Below, piece by piece: positions 1-10,837 of a stretch of DNA of 64,000 bases; positions within the stretch are counted from its first letter, which is position 1; each line of letters begins with the position of its first letter. The translations under genes were made by a program, and so were the position numbers. Source of the DNA: Escherichia coli (lineage in GTDB: Bacteria; Pseudomonadota; Gammaproteobacteria; Enterobacterales; Enterobacteriaceae); assembly GCF_030384885.1 (NCBI RefSeq), contig NZ_CP128613.1. One strand, 5' to 3'. The notes below the pieces were generated by a model. It saw nothing but the letters and a program-made list of their open reading frames with translations, was not told the origin of the DNA and did not search any database.

Positions 1-935
1 ACATCCTGAATAGTCGGCAAATTCACTGGAACAATACCGGGCTGGATATGGGCTATGGTGCTGCCTGGGGGCGTTTTGATGGAAATCAGGAAACCCTGCA
101 ACCCTTGTTGGGGCAGTTAAGCTGGCTGGCGGAGCAATCCTGCGCACATCATCATGTGCTGGCGCTGGATAGCAGAGAGGAGATGGTTTCCGGGCAGACC
201 ACTAAACAGGTGCTATTGCTGAATACCATTCGCACGGCGTTAGATCAGGGGGATTTGCTGCTCTACGCCCAGCCAATTCGCAACAAAGAGGGTGAAGGTT
301 ATGATGAGATCCTCGCGCGACTGAAATATGACGGCGGCATTATGACCCCGGATAAGTTTCTGCCCCTTATTGCTCAGTTTAACCTTAGCGCGCGTTTTGA
401 TTTGCAAGTGCTGGAATCCCTGTTGAAGTGGCTGGCAACACACCCCTGCGACAAGAAAGGTCCGCGCTTTTCAGTCAATTTAATGCCGCTCACGCTGCTG
501 CAAAAAAATATTGCCGGGCGGATTATTCGTCTGTTTAAGCGTTATCACATCTCCCCGCAGGCGGTCATTCTTGAGATCACCGAGGAACAGGCGTTTTCTA
601 ACGCAGAAAGCAGTATGTACAACATCGAGCAGCTGCATAAGTTTGGTTTCCGGATTGCGATTGATGATTTTGGCACCGGCTATGCCAACTACGAACGGCT
701 AAAGCGTTTGCAGGCTGATATCATTAAAATTGATGGCGTCTTTGTGAAAGATATCGTCACGAACACGCTGGATGCGATGATTGTGAGATCAATTACCGAT
801 CTGGCGAAAGCGAAGTCATTGAGTGTGGTCGCGGAGTTTGTCGAGACGCCACAGCAGCAGGCGCTATTGCATAAGCTCGGGGTGCAATATCTGCAAGGGT
901 ATTTGATTGGTCGCCCTCAGCCATTAGCTGATTAA
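1..935 (+). CDS. pdeA: EAL-domain c-di-GMP phosphodiesterase, C-terminal part; gene begins upstream of the window (reading frame open from position 3)
   Basis: ORF 48..935 is open back to the window edge; translation contains the EAL-type motif DDFGTGYANYERL...IKIDG. Name (yfeA/pdeA) assigned by position next to nupC, not by search. Confidence 0.6.
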   Translation, partial: ILNSRQIHWNNTGLDMGYGAAWGRFDGNQETLQPLLGQLSWLAEQSCAHHHVLALDSREEMVSGQTTKQVLLLNTIRTALDQGDLLLYAQPIRNKEGEGYDEILARLKYDGGIMTPDKFLPLIAQFNLSARFDLQVLESLLKWLATHPCDKKGPRFSVNLMPLTLLQKNIAGRIIRLFKRYHISPQAVILEITEEQAFSNAESSMYNIEQLHKFGFRIAIDDFGTGYANYERLKRLQADIIKIDGVFVKDIVTNTLDAMIVRSITDLAKAKSLSVVAEFVETPQQQALLHKLGVQYLQGYLIGRPQPLAD

Positions 936-943
936 CAGGCGTA

Positions 944-972
944 AAAAAAGCAGGGAATTATCCCCGGCTTTT
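944..972. terminator. Imperfect GC hairpin with A-run upstream and T-run downstream; likely bidirectional terminator (the T-run on the minus strand fits nupC)
   Basis: aaaaaaagcagggaattatccccggctttt read directly; stem gcaggg/ccccggc with one mismatch. Confidence 0.4.
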
Positions 973-996
973 GTGGCTGATGACAAACAGAAAAAT

Positions 997-1025
997 GCCT
1001 GATGCGCTACGCTTATCAGGCCTAC
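997..1025. repeat. REP (repetitive extragenic palindromic) element
   Basis: gcctgatgcgctacgcttatcaggcctac matches the classic REP motif. Confidence 0.7.
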
Positions 1026-1036
1026 ATGGAATTGAA

Positions 1037-1061
1037 GCCGGGGAATTATCCCCGGCTTTTT
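1037..1061 (+). terminator. Rho-independent terminator-like hairpin downstream of the EAL gene
   Basis: gccggggaattatccccggc followed by ttttt; near-duplicate of the hairpin at 944..972. Confidence 0.5.
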
Positions 1062-1077
1062 AATTAATGAATTGGAC

Positions 1078-2280
1078 TTACAGCACCAGTGCTGCGATTG
1101 ACGCAGACAGCACACTCACCAGAGTAGAGCCGTAAACCAGTTTCAGACCGAAGCGAGAAACCACGTTACCTTGCTCTTCATTCAGGCCTTTAACCGCACC
1201 GGCGATAATCCCGATAGAAGAGAAGTTAGCGAAGGAAACCAGGAACACGGAGATGATGCCTTCAGCACGCGGAGAGAGCGTGGAAGCGATTTTCTGCAGA
1301 TCCATCATCGCAACGAACTCGTTGGAAACCAGTTTGGTCGCCATAATACTGCCCACCTGCAGTGCTTCACTGGAAGGAACACCCATCACCCACGCAACCG
1401 GATAGAAGATGTAGCCCAGGATGCCCTGGAAGGAGATGCTGTAGCCAAACCAGCCAGTCACAGTGGCAAACAGTGCGTTCAGCGCAGCGATCAGGGCGAT
1501 AAAGCCGATCAGCATCGCGGCAACGATAATGGCAACTTTGAAACCTGCCAGAATGTATTCACCCAGCATTTCGAAGAAGCTCTGACCTTCGTGCAGGTTG
1601 GACATCTGAATGTTTTCTTCACTGGCATCAACACGGTAAGGGTTGATCAGCGACAGCACGATAAAGGTGCTGAACATGTTCAGTACCAGCGCCGCAACGA
1701 CGTATTTCGGCTCCAGCATCGTCATGTATGCACCAACGATGGACATCGACACGGTGGACATCGCCGTAGCTGCCATGGTGTACATACGATTGCGGGAGAT
1801 TTTGCCGAGGATATCTTTATAGGCAATAAAGTTTTCAGACTGACCCAGAATCAGAGAGCTGACGGCGTTGAAGGATTCCAGTTTGCCCATACCGTTGACT
1901 TTGGAGAGCAGGAAACCAATTGCGCGGATAATCACCGGCAACACGCGAATGTGCTGGAGAATACCGATCAGCGCAGAGATAAAGACGATTGGGCACAGCA
2001 CTTTCAGGAAGAAGAATGCCAGGCCTTGATCATTCATGCTACCAAAGACGAAGTTAGTCCCTTCGTTGGCAAATCCGAGCAGTTTCTCAAACATTTCGGA
2101 GAAGCCTTTCACGAAGCCCAAACCAACGTCGGAGTTCAGGAAGAACCACGCCAGTAACACTTCGATAACAAGCAGTTGAATAACATAACGGATACGAATT
2201 TTTTTGCGGTCGCTGCTTACCAGCAGTGCGAGAATCGCAACAACGGCAAGTGCCAGTACAAAATGAAGGACGCGGTCCAT
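1078..2280 (-). CDS. nupC: Nucleoside:H+ symporter NupC (400 aa from MDRVLHF...)
   Basis: ORF 1078..2319; translation from the internal Met [37 protein letters not shown] matches NupC as I recall it. The ORF-track start is 13 codons further upstream. Confidence 0.9.
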   Translation of the reverse strand: MDRVLHFVLALAVVAILALLVSSDRKKIRIRYVIQLLVIEVLLAWFFLNSDVGLGFVKGFSEMFEKLLGFANEGTNFVFGSMNDQGLAFFFLKVLCPIVFISALIGILQHIRVLPVIIRAIGFLLSKVNGMGKLESFNAVSSLILGQSENFIAYKDILGKISRNRMYTMAATAMSTVSMSIVGAYMTMLEPKYVVAALVLNMFSTFIVLSLINPYRVDASEENIQMSNLHEGQSFFEMLGEYILAGFKVAIIVAAMLIGFIALIAALNALFATVTGWFGYSISFQGILGYIFYPVAWVMGVPSSEALQVGSIMATKLVSNEFVAMMDLQKIASTLSPRAEGIISVFLVSFANFSSIGIIAGAVKGLNEEQGNVVSRFGLKLVYGSTLVSVLSASIAALVL

Positions 2281-2545
2281 ATTTGCTCCAAATATGAGGC
2301 AGGTTAAATTTCCGTGCACATTCTATGTAACATGGTTAAGGAAAACGAGATCTGACACACACTATAATGACGTCCTGTGACAAGCTTCAAAAATAGTGAG
2401 CTGTCATACATTTCTGCTATGTTGTGTATGGAAGCTGAAAGTTATGTAAATGTGCTAACATTAAACATAATCACAACATTCAAGTCATCAATCTTTTCGT
2501 CGTCATAATTCTGGTCTATCAAAGAAATCATCACAATCCACTTAA

Positions 2546-2566
2546 ATGAATTTGATAATCATTCTC
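2546..2566. promoter_or_regulatory. Fur box-like site in the mntH promoter
   Basis: tgaatttgataatcattctcg resembles the GATAATGATAATCATTATC Fur consensus; about 50-70 bp upstream of the mntH start. Confidence 0.5.
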
Positions 2567-2581
2567 GTTTGTCATAGCATG

Positions 2582-2603
2582 AAACATAGCAAAGGCTATG
2601 TTT
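2582..2603. promoter_or_regulatory. MntR operator-like palindrome upstream of mntH
   Basis: aaacatagcaaaggctatgttt is an inverted repeat (AAACATAGC / GCTATGTTT) just upstream of the mntH start codon. Confidence 0.6.
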
Positions 2604-2606
2604 TAG

Positions 2607-3854
<1,248 letters not shown>

Positions 3855-3883
3855 TTCAACTGGCGTCGTACCAGGCATCACTG

Positions 3884-3971
3884 GCGGATGCGGCGTAAAA
3901 CGCCTCATCCGCCCTACGCGTTAAAGAGACGGTTTGTAGGCCTGATAAGACGCACTAGCGTCGCATCAGGC
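3884..3971. repeat. BIME-like pair of REP elements between mntH and ypeC
   Basis: gcggatgcggcgtaaaacgcctcatccgccctac and gtaggcctgataagacgcactagcgtcgcatcaggc are two inverted REP-type palindromes. Confidence 0.65.
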
Positions 3972-3995
3972 ATTGTGCTCCATTGGCGAATGTGT

Positions 3996-4322
3996 TTAAT
4001 GGCGGTGTCCATGTCCGCGGCCTTTTCCGCGATGATCGTCACGATCGCGCCAGCCTTCACGATAGCCACGCTCATACGCTTTACGCTTATCCCAGCCACG
4101 GTGGTAGCCATTATCATGACGCCACCAGCGGTTTTTACGCCATTCATAATTGCGATGCCAGTAGTCACGGTCGCGCCAGTGACCACCGTCCCAGTAATTA
4201 CCGTAATGATCGCGATCGCCAATTTGTAATTTGATTGATGGCAGTAGGGTGATTTCACCTGCGTTTGCCGCAAGCGGGGTAAATGCCATCAGGGCGGCCG
4301 CCAGAAACAGTGACCTGAACAT
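3996..4322 (-). CDS. ypeC: Small secreted Arg/His/Trp-rich protein YpeC (DUF2502 family)
   Basis: 108-aa ORF with signal-peptide-like N-terminus [21 protein letters not shown] and a highly basic repetitive C-terminus. Confidence 0.75.
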
Positions 4323-4436
4323 TGTTATTCTCCTTCACGATCGAAGCCGTCAGCGGCCTGTTAACGCAATATTACGGGGAGGTAAAGCCCCGTATCATCG
4401 CCATAACTCTTAAATCATAAAGGAGAGCATTTTTTG

Positions 4437-5693
4437 CTAAACGTTATCGTGGGGTGGCTGTTGCTTCGGACGATTGACCATCATCATCGGCTTACCTGCT
4501 AATAACAGCCATGCCGGAAGCATGACGATACAGAGCAGCGGTAGCAATGTGGTATTGGGTACAACGACTGCCGCCATAAAAAGACTTAACCAGCCATCGC
4601 GTGTTACCACCAGCACGATGCCGAGAATAGCGCAGGAAACGGTTATTGCCGCCGGGACAGCGGGAACGTGCTCATGCAGCATCAATCCTAATGCCACGCC
4701 GACAAACACTGCCGGGAATATTCGCCCACCGCGAAAGCCGCTGGCGGCAGCAACCACGAGAGCGGCAAGTTTAATCACCGCCAGCAAAAAGTAATCGCTG
4801 GTGCTGAAAGCCTGATTTGCCACCATCTGCTGCATCTCATCCAGCCCTTTAAATAGCGAAACCGGTCCAGCAATAACCCCCAGAATACCGAGAATAAATC
4901 CGCCAACTCCCAGCATTAGCACCGGATTTTTAATCTGATGCATCATCGCGTGCAACCGTGGCAGACACCATACGGCAACCATCCCTGCTGCGATGGCAAT
5001 CGCCGCCACAATTGCACCGCTGAGAATATCGGTCATCTCCATCTGCCCATAATGCGCAATGGGCAGCGAAAAATGAGGATGGAAAAACAATCCGGTGGTT
5101 AGCGCACCAGCCGCCGCCGCCATTAACGGCGCAAAGAGACGATCCCATAGCGGGACTTCACTACTGCCATTTAAGGTTTGCGAAAATATCAACGCCGCCG
5201 CAACAGGTGTGCCAAACAGCGCGCCGATAGTTCCGGCAGAGGCTAAAATAGTCCATTCCATCCGGTTGACGCGCGGTAACAGACGAGCGCCTATCGCAAC
5301 CGCAAGGGCGATATTGACGGTCATGATCGGATGTTCCGGCCCGAGACTGACGCCGCCAGCAAGACCAAGAATTAATGCTACGATAAGTCCTGGTAGCGCA
5401 GAGGGCGGAACGGGTGCGCCGATCAGCGGTTCACAGGCGGGGTCTGGTCCAGCATGCCCCTGGCTGAAACGGATAACCAACCCCACCGCAATACCTGTTA
5501 GCGTTAATATGGCGATGATCCAGAAAGGTGAATCCTGGGCTATCCCCAGAGTTCCCGGCAGTCGTTGCCAGAGCAAATTCTGTAATACCGAGGCGATTTT
5601 CATCACCACAATCAGAATAAGACTGGACGCAATCCCAATTGCCACGGCGGGGAGTGATAATAACAACATGGTTCTGGCTCGCGGATGGAGCAT
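4437..5693 (-). CDS. yfeO: ClC-like ion channel/transporter family membrane protein YfeO
   Basis: 418-aa polytopic hydrophobic ORF; position between ypeC and glk. Confidence 0.8.
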   Translation of the reverse strand: MLHPRARTMLLLSLPAVAIGIASSLILIVVMKIASVLQNLLWQRLPGTLGIAQDSPFWIIAILTLTGIAVGLVIRFSQGHAGPDPACEPLIGAPVPPSALPGLIVALILGLAGGVSLGPEHPIMTVNIALAVAIGARLLPRVNRMEWTILASAGTIGALFGTPVAAALIFSQTLNGSSEVPLWDRLFAPLMAAAAGALTTGLFFHPHFSLPIAHYGQMEMTDILSGAIVAAIAIAAGMVAVWCLPRLHAMMHQIKNPVLMLGVGGFILGILGVIAGPVSLFKGLDEMQQMVANQAFSTSDYFLLAVIKLAALVVAAASGFRGGRIFPAVFVGVALGLMLHEHVPAVPAAITVSCAILGIVLVVTRDGWLSLFMAAVVVPNTTLLPLLCIVMLPAWLLLAGKPMMMVNRPKQQPPHDNV

Positions 5694-5896
5694 GTTCTAT
5701 TCCTTATGCAGGGTCAGATACTTAGTTTGCCCAGCTTGCTAAAAGGCATCGCTGCAATTGGTGCTGAAACGATAAAGTAATTGTGTGACCCAGATCGATA
5801 TTTACAGGGAGCCTGCCTTTCCGGCGTTGTTGTTATGCCCCCAGGTATTTACAGTGTGAGAAAGAATTATTTTGACTTTAGCGGAGCAGTTGAAGA

Positions 5897-6862
5897 ATGA
5901 CAAAGTATGCATTAGTCGGTGATGTGGGCGGCACCAACGCACGTCTTGCTCTGTGTGATATTGCCAGTGGTGAAATCTCGCAGGCTAAGACCTATTCAGG
6001 GCTTGATTACCCGAGCCTCGAAGCGGTCATTCGCGTTTATCTTGAAGAACATAAGGTCGAGGTGAAAGACGGCTGTATTGCCATCGCTTGCCCCATTACC
6101 GGTGACTGGGTGGCAATGACCAACCATACCTGGGCGTTCTCAATTGCCGAAATGAAAAAGAATCTCGGTTTTAGCCATCTGGAAATTATTAACGATTTTA
6201 CCGCTGTATCGATGGCGATCCCGATGCTGAAAAAAGAGCATCTGATTCAGTTTGGTGGCGCAGAACCAGTCGAAGGTAAGCCTATTGCGGTTTACGGTGC
6301 CGGAACGGGGCTTGGGGTTGCGCATCTGGTTCATGTTGATAAACGCTGGGTAAGCTTGCCAGGCGAAGGCGGTCACGTTGATTTTGCGCCGAATAGTGAA
6401 GAAGAGGCCATTATCCTCGAAATACTGCGTGCAGAAATTGGTCATGTTTCGGCAGAGCGCGTGCTTTCTGGCCCTGGTCTGGTGAATTTGTATCGCGCGA
6501 TTGTGAAAGCCGACAACCGCCTGCCAGAAAATCTCAAGCCAAAAGATATTACCGAACGTGCGCTGGCTGACAGCTGCACCGATTGCCGCCGCGCGTTGTC
6601 GCTGTTTTGCGTCATTATGGGCCGTTTTGGCGGCAATCTGGCGCTCAATCTCGGGACATTTGGCGGCGTGTTTATTGCCGGTGGTATCGTGCCGCGCTTC
6701 CTTGAGTTCTTCAAAGCCTCTGGTTTCCGTGCCGCATTTGAAGATAAAGGGCGCTTTAAAGAATATGTCCATGATATTCCGGTGTATCTCATCGTCCATG
6801 ACAATCCGGGCCTTCTCGGCTCCGGCGCACATTTACGCCAGACCTTAGGCCACATTCTGTAA
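5897..6862 (+). CDS. glk: Glucokinase
   Basis: 321-aa [25 protein letters not shown]-terminal ATP-binding motif of ROK/glucokinase. Confidence 0.93.
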   Translation: MTKYALVGDVGGTNARLALCDIASGEISQAKTYSGLDYPSLEAVIRVYLEEHKVEVKDGCIAIACPITGDWVAMTNHTWAFSIAEMKKNLGFSHLEIINDFTAVSMAIPMLKKEHLIQFGGAEPVEGKPIAVYGAGTGLGVAHLVHVDKRWVSLPGEGGHVDFAPNSEEEAIILEILRAEIGHVSAERVLSGPGLVNLYRAIVKADNRLPENLKPKDITERALADSCTDCRRALSLFCVIMGRFGGNLALNLGTFGGVFIAGGIVPRFLEFFKASGFRAAFEDKGRFKEYVHDIPVYLIVHDNPGLLGSGAHLRQTLGHIL

Positions 6863-6876
6863 ATCCTTCCTGTCAA

Positions 6877-6906
6877 ATCGGGAGATAACTCTCCCGATAA
6901 TCTTTT
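6877..6906 (+). terminator. Intrinsic terminator downstream of glk
   Basis: atcgggagataactctcccgat followed by a T-rich run. Confidence 0.6.
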
Positions 6907-7080
6907 AAATCAAACAGTTAATCCTATTTTTCTTTGTGTCCCCTCACAAGGCCGACCTGCGTCACACTTCCGTACAGCGGGATTAATTCTCCAGTAAATG
7001 CATTATTTGTCTGGTAACGGCGATTTGTTTTGCACGTTCATAATTTCACTCATCAACTATCACTGAACGAGGAATTAACG

Positions 7081-7407
7081 ATGAGTAAGAAACTGATTGC
7101 CTTATGTGCCTGCCCAATGGGCCTGGCTCACACCTTTATGGCCGCTCAGGCGCTGGAAGAAGCGGCGGTAGAAGCCGGTTATGAAGTGAAAATTGAAACC
7201 CAGGGTGCGGACGGCATCCAGAATCGTCTGACCGCGCAGGATATCGCCGAAGCGACCATCATCATCCACTCCGTGGCGGTTACCCCGGAAGATAACGAAC
7301 GTTTCGAATCACGCGACGTTTATGAAATCACTTTGCAGGACGCAATTAAAAACGCTGCGGGCATCATCAAAGAAATCGAAGAGATGATTGCCGCTGAACA
7401 ACAGTAA
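7081..7407 (+). CDS. fryB: PTS fructose-like EIIB component (108 aa)
   Basis: MSKKLIALCACPMGLAHTFMAAQALEEAA with a CxxCP phospho-cysteine loop; start taken at the internal ATG at 7081 rather than the ORF-track start at 7030. Confidence 0.85.
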   Translation: MSKKLIALCACPMGLAHTFMAAQALEEAAVEAGYEVKIETQGADGIQNRLTAQDIAEATIIIHSVAVTPEDNERFESRDVYEITLQDAIKNAAGIIKEIEEMIAAEQQ

Positions 7408-7428
7408 TATTCGACAGGGATAATTGTT

Positions 7429-8676
7429 ATGGCCATTAAAAAACGCAGTGCAACCGTTGTGCCTGGCGCATCCGGTGCGGCAGCGGCAATTAAGAATCCG
7501 CAGGCCTCTAAAACCAGCTTCTGGGGTGAGCTCCCGCAGCATGTGATGTCAGGGATTTCACGCATGGTGCCAACCTTAATTATGGGCGGTGTGATCCTCG
7601 CTTTCAGCCAGTTGATTGCTTATAGCTGGCTTAAAATTCCTGCGGATATCGGCATCATGGATGCTCTTAATAGCGGGAAATTCTCCGGTTTCGACCTCTC
7701 CTTACTGAAGTTTGCCTGGCTGTCACAGTCCTTTGGTGGCGTGCTGTTTGGCTTTGCCATACCGATGTTTGCCGCTTTTGTGGCGAACTCCATCGGCGGC
7801 AAACTGGCATTCCCGGCTGGTTTTATCGGCGGCTTGATGTCTACCCAGCCGACGCAACTGCTGAACTTCGATCCCAGCACGATGCAATGGGCGACCTCTT
7901 CGCCGGTGCCGTCCACCTTCATTGGTGCCCTGATTATTTCTATCGTTGCGGGTTACCTTGTGAAGTGGATGAACCAGAAAATCCAGTTACCGGATTTCCT
8001 GTTAGCGTTCAAAACCACATTTTTGCTACCGATTCTTTCCGCCATTTTTGTCATGCTGGCGATGTACTACGTCATCACCCCATTTGGTGGCTGGATCAAC
8101 GGCGGTATTCGTGCCGTGCTGACTGCCGCAGGTGAGAAGGGCGCGCTAATGTATGCGATGGGTATCGCAGCAGCGACAGCAATCGACCTTGGTGGCCCGA
8201 TCAACAAAGCAGCAGGTTTCGTTGCCTTCAGCTTTACCACTGACCACGTATTACCGGTCACCGCACGTTCTATCGCTATCGTTATTCCACCGATTGGTCT
8301 GGGTCTGGCGACCATTATTGACCGTCGTTTAACCGGCAAACGCCTGTTCAACGCTCAGCTTTATCCGCAGGGTAAAACCGCCATGTTCCTTGCCTTTATG
8401 GGGATCAGTGAGGGTGCGATTCCGTTTGCGCTGGAAAGCCCCATCACCGCTATTCCGTCCTATATGGTTGGCGCGATTGTCGGCTCAACCGCCGCTGTCT
8501 GGCTGGGTGCAGTTCAATGGTTCCCGGAATCTGCTATCTGGGCATGGCCGCTGGTCACTAACCTCGGTGTCTATATGGCGGGGATCGCGCTGGGAGCAAT
8601 CATTACTGCGCTGATGGTGGTGTTCCTGCGTCTGATGATGTTCCGTAAAGGCAAATTGTTAATCGATAGCCTGTAA
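7429..8676 (+). CDS. fryC: PTS fructose-like EIIC permease component
   Basis: 415-aa polytopic membrane ORF directly downstream of fryB. Confidence 0.85.
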   Translation: MAIKKRSATVVPGASGAAAAIKNPQASKTSFWGELPQHVMSGISRMVPTLIMGGVILAFSQLIAYSWLKIPADIGIMDALNSGKFSGFDLSLLKFAWLSQSFGGVLFGFAIPMFAAFVANSIGGKLAFPAGFIGGLMSTQPTQLLNFDPSTMQWATSSPVPSTFIGALIISIVAGYLVKWMNQKIQLPDFLLAFKTTFLLPILSAIFVMLAMYYVITPFGGWINGGIRAVLTAAGEKGALMYAMGIAAATAIDLGGPINKAAGFVAFSFTTDHVLPVTARSIAIVIPPIGLGLATIIDRRLTGKRLFNAQLYPQGKTAMFLAFMGISEGAIPFALESPITAIPSYMVGAIVGSTAAVWLGAVQWFPESAIWAWPLVTNLGVYMAGIALGAIITALMVVFLRLMMFRKGKLLIDSL

Positions 8677-8690
8677 GAAGGACAATCCAG

Positions 8691-9776
8691 ATGACATTAC
8701 TCGCTTCGCTGCGCGACTGGCTTAAGGCGCAACAACTGGATGCAGTGCTTCTCTCCTCACGGCAGAACAAACAGCCGCATCTGGGGATCTCCACCGGATC
8801 AGGTTATGTGCTGATTAGTCGTGAAAGTGCGCACATTCTGGTGGATTCGCGCTATTACGCGGATGTAGAAGCCCGCACCCAGGGCTACCAGCTGCATTTG
8901 CTTGATGCGACGCACACGCTTACCACTATCGTCAGGCAAATCATTGCCGATGAGCAGTTGCAAACGCTCGGTTTTGAAGGCCAGCAGGTAAGTTGGGAAA
9001 CCGCGCACCGCTGGCAGTCTGAACTCAATGCGAAACTGGTAAGCGCCACGCCGGATGTGCTGCGGCAAATCAAAACGCCAGAGGAGGTGGAGAAAATCCG
9101 CCTCGCCTGTGGGATTGCCGATCGCGGTGCAGAGCATATTCGCCGCTTTATTCAGGCGGGGATGAGCGAATGCGAGATAGCCGCTGAACTGGAGTGGTTT
9201 ATGCGCCAGCAGGGCGCAGAAAAAGCCTCTTTCGATACCATTGTCGCCAGTGGCTGGCGTGGGGCGCTGCCGCACGGCAAAGCCAGCGACAAGATTGTTG
9301 CAGCGGGCGAGTTTGTCACTCTTGATTTTGGTGCGCTGTATCAGGGCTACTGCTCTGATATGACGCGTACCTTGCTGGTGAATGGCGAAGGGGTGAGCGC
9401 CGAATCTCACCCGCTGTTTGATGTGTATAACATTGTCCTGCAGGCACAGCTCGCGGCAATCTCCGCGATTCGCCCCGGCGTGCGCTGCCAACAGGTTGAC
9501 GACGCCGCGCGCCGGATCATTACAGAAGCCGGTTATGGTGACTATTTTGGTCACAACACTGGTCATGCCATCGGCATTGAAGTCCATGAAGAGCCGCGTT
9601 TTTCACCGCAGGACACCACGACGCTACAGCCAGGGATGTTACTGACCGTGGAGCCGGGGATTTATTTGCCAGGGCGAGGTGGCGTGCGCATCGAAGATGT
9701 CGTGCTGGTTACCCCGCAAGGCGCGGAAGTGCTCTACGCCATGCCAAAAACAGTGTTGCTCACGGGAGAGGCATAA
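8691..9776 (+). CDS. ypdF: Xaa-Pro aminopeptidase (M24 family)
   Basis: 361-aa ORF with M24 metal-ligand motifs ([14 protein letters not shown]). Stop overlaps the next start. Confidence 0.85.
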   Translation: MTLLASLRDWLKAQQLDAVLLSSRQNKQPHLGISTGSGYVLISRESAHILVDSRYYADVEARTQGYQLHLLDATHTLTTIVRQIIADEQLQTLGFEGQQVSWETAHRWQSELNAKLVSATPDVLRQIKTPEEVEKIRLACGIADRGAEHIRRFIQAGMSECEIAAELEWFMRQQGAEKASFDTIVASGWRGALPHGKASDKIVAAGEFVTLDFGALYQGYCSDMTRTLLVNGEGVSAESHPLFDVYNIVLQAQLAAISAIRPGVRCQQVDDAARRIITEAGYGDYFGHNTGHAIGIEVHEEPRFSPQDTTTLQPGMLLTVEPGIYLPGRGGVRIEDVVLVTPQGAEVLYAMPKTVLLTGEA

Positions 9777-10813
9777 TGGATTTATCGCTATTAAAAGCGT
9801 TGAGCGAGGCAGATGCGATCGCCTCCTCGGAACAGGAAGTGCGGCAGATCCTGCTGGATGAAGCGGATCGACTGCAAAAAGAAGTGCGATTTGATGGCCT
9901 GGGATCGGTGCTGATCCGCCTCAATGAATCGACAGGTCCGAAGGTGATGATCTGTGCGCATATGGACGAAGTGGGATTTATGGTGCGTAGCATCTCCCGC
10001 GAAGGGGCGATTGATGTCCTGCCAGTTGGCAATGTGCGCATGGCTGCCCGCCAGCTTCAGCCAGTACGGATCACTACTCGTGAAGAGTGCAAAATTCCCG
10101 GTTTGCTCGATGGCGAACGGCAGGGGAATGACGTCAGCGCCATGCGCGTGGACATTGGTGCGCGCTCGTATGACGAAGTGATGCAGGCAGGTATTCGTCC
10201 GGGCGATCGTGTCACGTTTGATACCACTTTTCAGGTTCTCCCTCACCAGCGAGTGATGGGTAAAGCCTTTGATGACCGCCTCGGTTGCTACCTGCTGGTG
10301 ACGTTACTACGTGAGCTGCACAACGCCGAGCTGCCTGCGGAAGTGTGGCTGGTGGCAAGTTCCAGCGAAGAGGTGGGATTACGCGGCGGGCAAACCGCCA
10401 CCCGCGCGGTGTCGCCGGACATCGCCATTGTGCTTGATACCGCCTGCTGGGCGAAAAACTTTGATTATGGCGCGGCTAACCATCGCCAGATTGGTAACGG
10501 CCCGATGCTGGTGTTAAGCGACAAGTCGCTGATTGCGCCGCCAAAACTTACCGCGTGGATCGAAACCGTCGCGGCAGAAATTGGCGTGCCGTTGCAGGCC
10601 GATATGTTCAGCAACGGCGGAACGGACGGCGGGGCGGTGCATTTAACCGGCACTGGCGTACCCACAGTGGTGATGGGGCCAGCAACCCGCCACGGACATT
10701 GCGCCGCATCGATTGCCGACTGCCGCGACATTTTGCAGATGCAGCAGCTTTTATCTGCCCTTATTCAACGTCTTACCCGTGAGACGGTTGTTCAACTGAC
10801 GGATTTCAGATGA
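9776..10813 (+). CDS. ypdE: M42-family aminopeptidase
   Basis: 345-aa ORF; start codon overlaps the ypdF stop (ATAATGG), suggesting translational coupling. Confidence 0.8.
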   Translation: MDLSLLKALSEADAIASSEQEVRQILLDEADRLQKEVRFDGLGSVLIRLNESTGPKVMICAHMDEVGFMVRSISREGAIDVLPVGNVRMAARQLQPVRITTREECKIPGLLDGERQGNDVSAMRVDIGARSYDEVMQAGIRPGDRVTFDTTFQVLPHQRVMGKAFDDRLGCYLLVTLLRELHNAELPAEVWLVASSSEEVGLRGGQTATRAVSPDIAIVLDTACWAKNFDYGAANHRQIGNGPMLVLSDKSLIAPPKLTAWIETVAAEIGVPLQADMFSNGGTDGGAVHLTGTGVPTVVMGPATRHGHCAASIADCRDILQMQQLLSALIQRLTRETVVQLTDFR

Positions 10814-10837
10814 TCTCCTGATTAACCCGGAGCGGTT

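Noticed and set aside
1171-2157. 328-aa plus-strand ORF antisense to nupC
   Set aside because: Lies entirely inside the strongly supported nupC CDS on the opposite strand; His/Arg-rich low-complexity translation typical of a shadow ORF.
3888-4273. Several overlapping ORFs (113, 119, 83 aa) around ypeC
   Set aside because: Alternative frames of the repetitive, compositionally biased ypeC region; the signal-peptide-bearing 108-aa minus-strand frame is the only convincing one.
6140-6876. Minus-strand ORFs of 230 and 144 aa inside glk
   Set aside because: Antisense to the well-supported glucokinase CDS; no recognisable motifs.
8799-9587. 262-aa minus-strand ORF inside ypdF
   Set aside because: Antisense shadow ORF within the M24 aminopeptidase gene.
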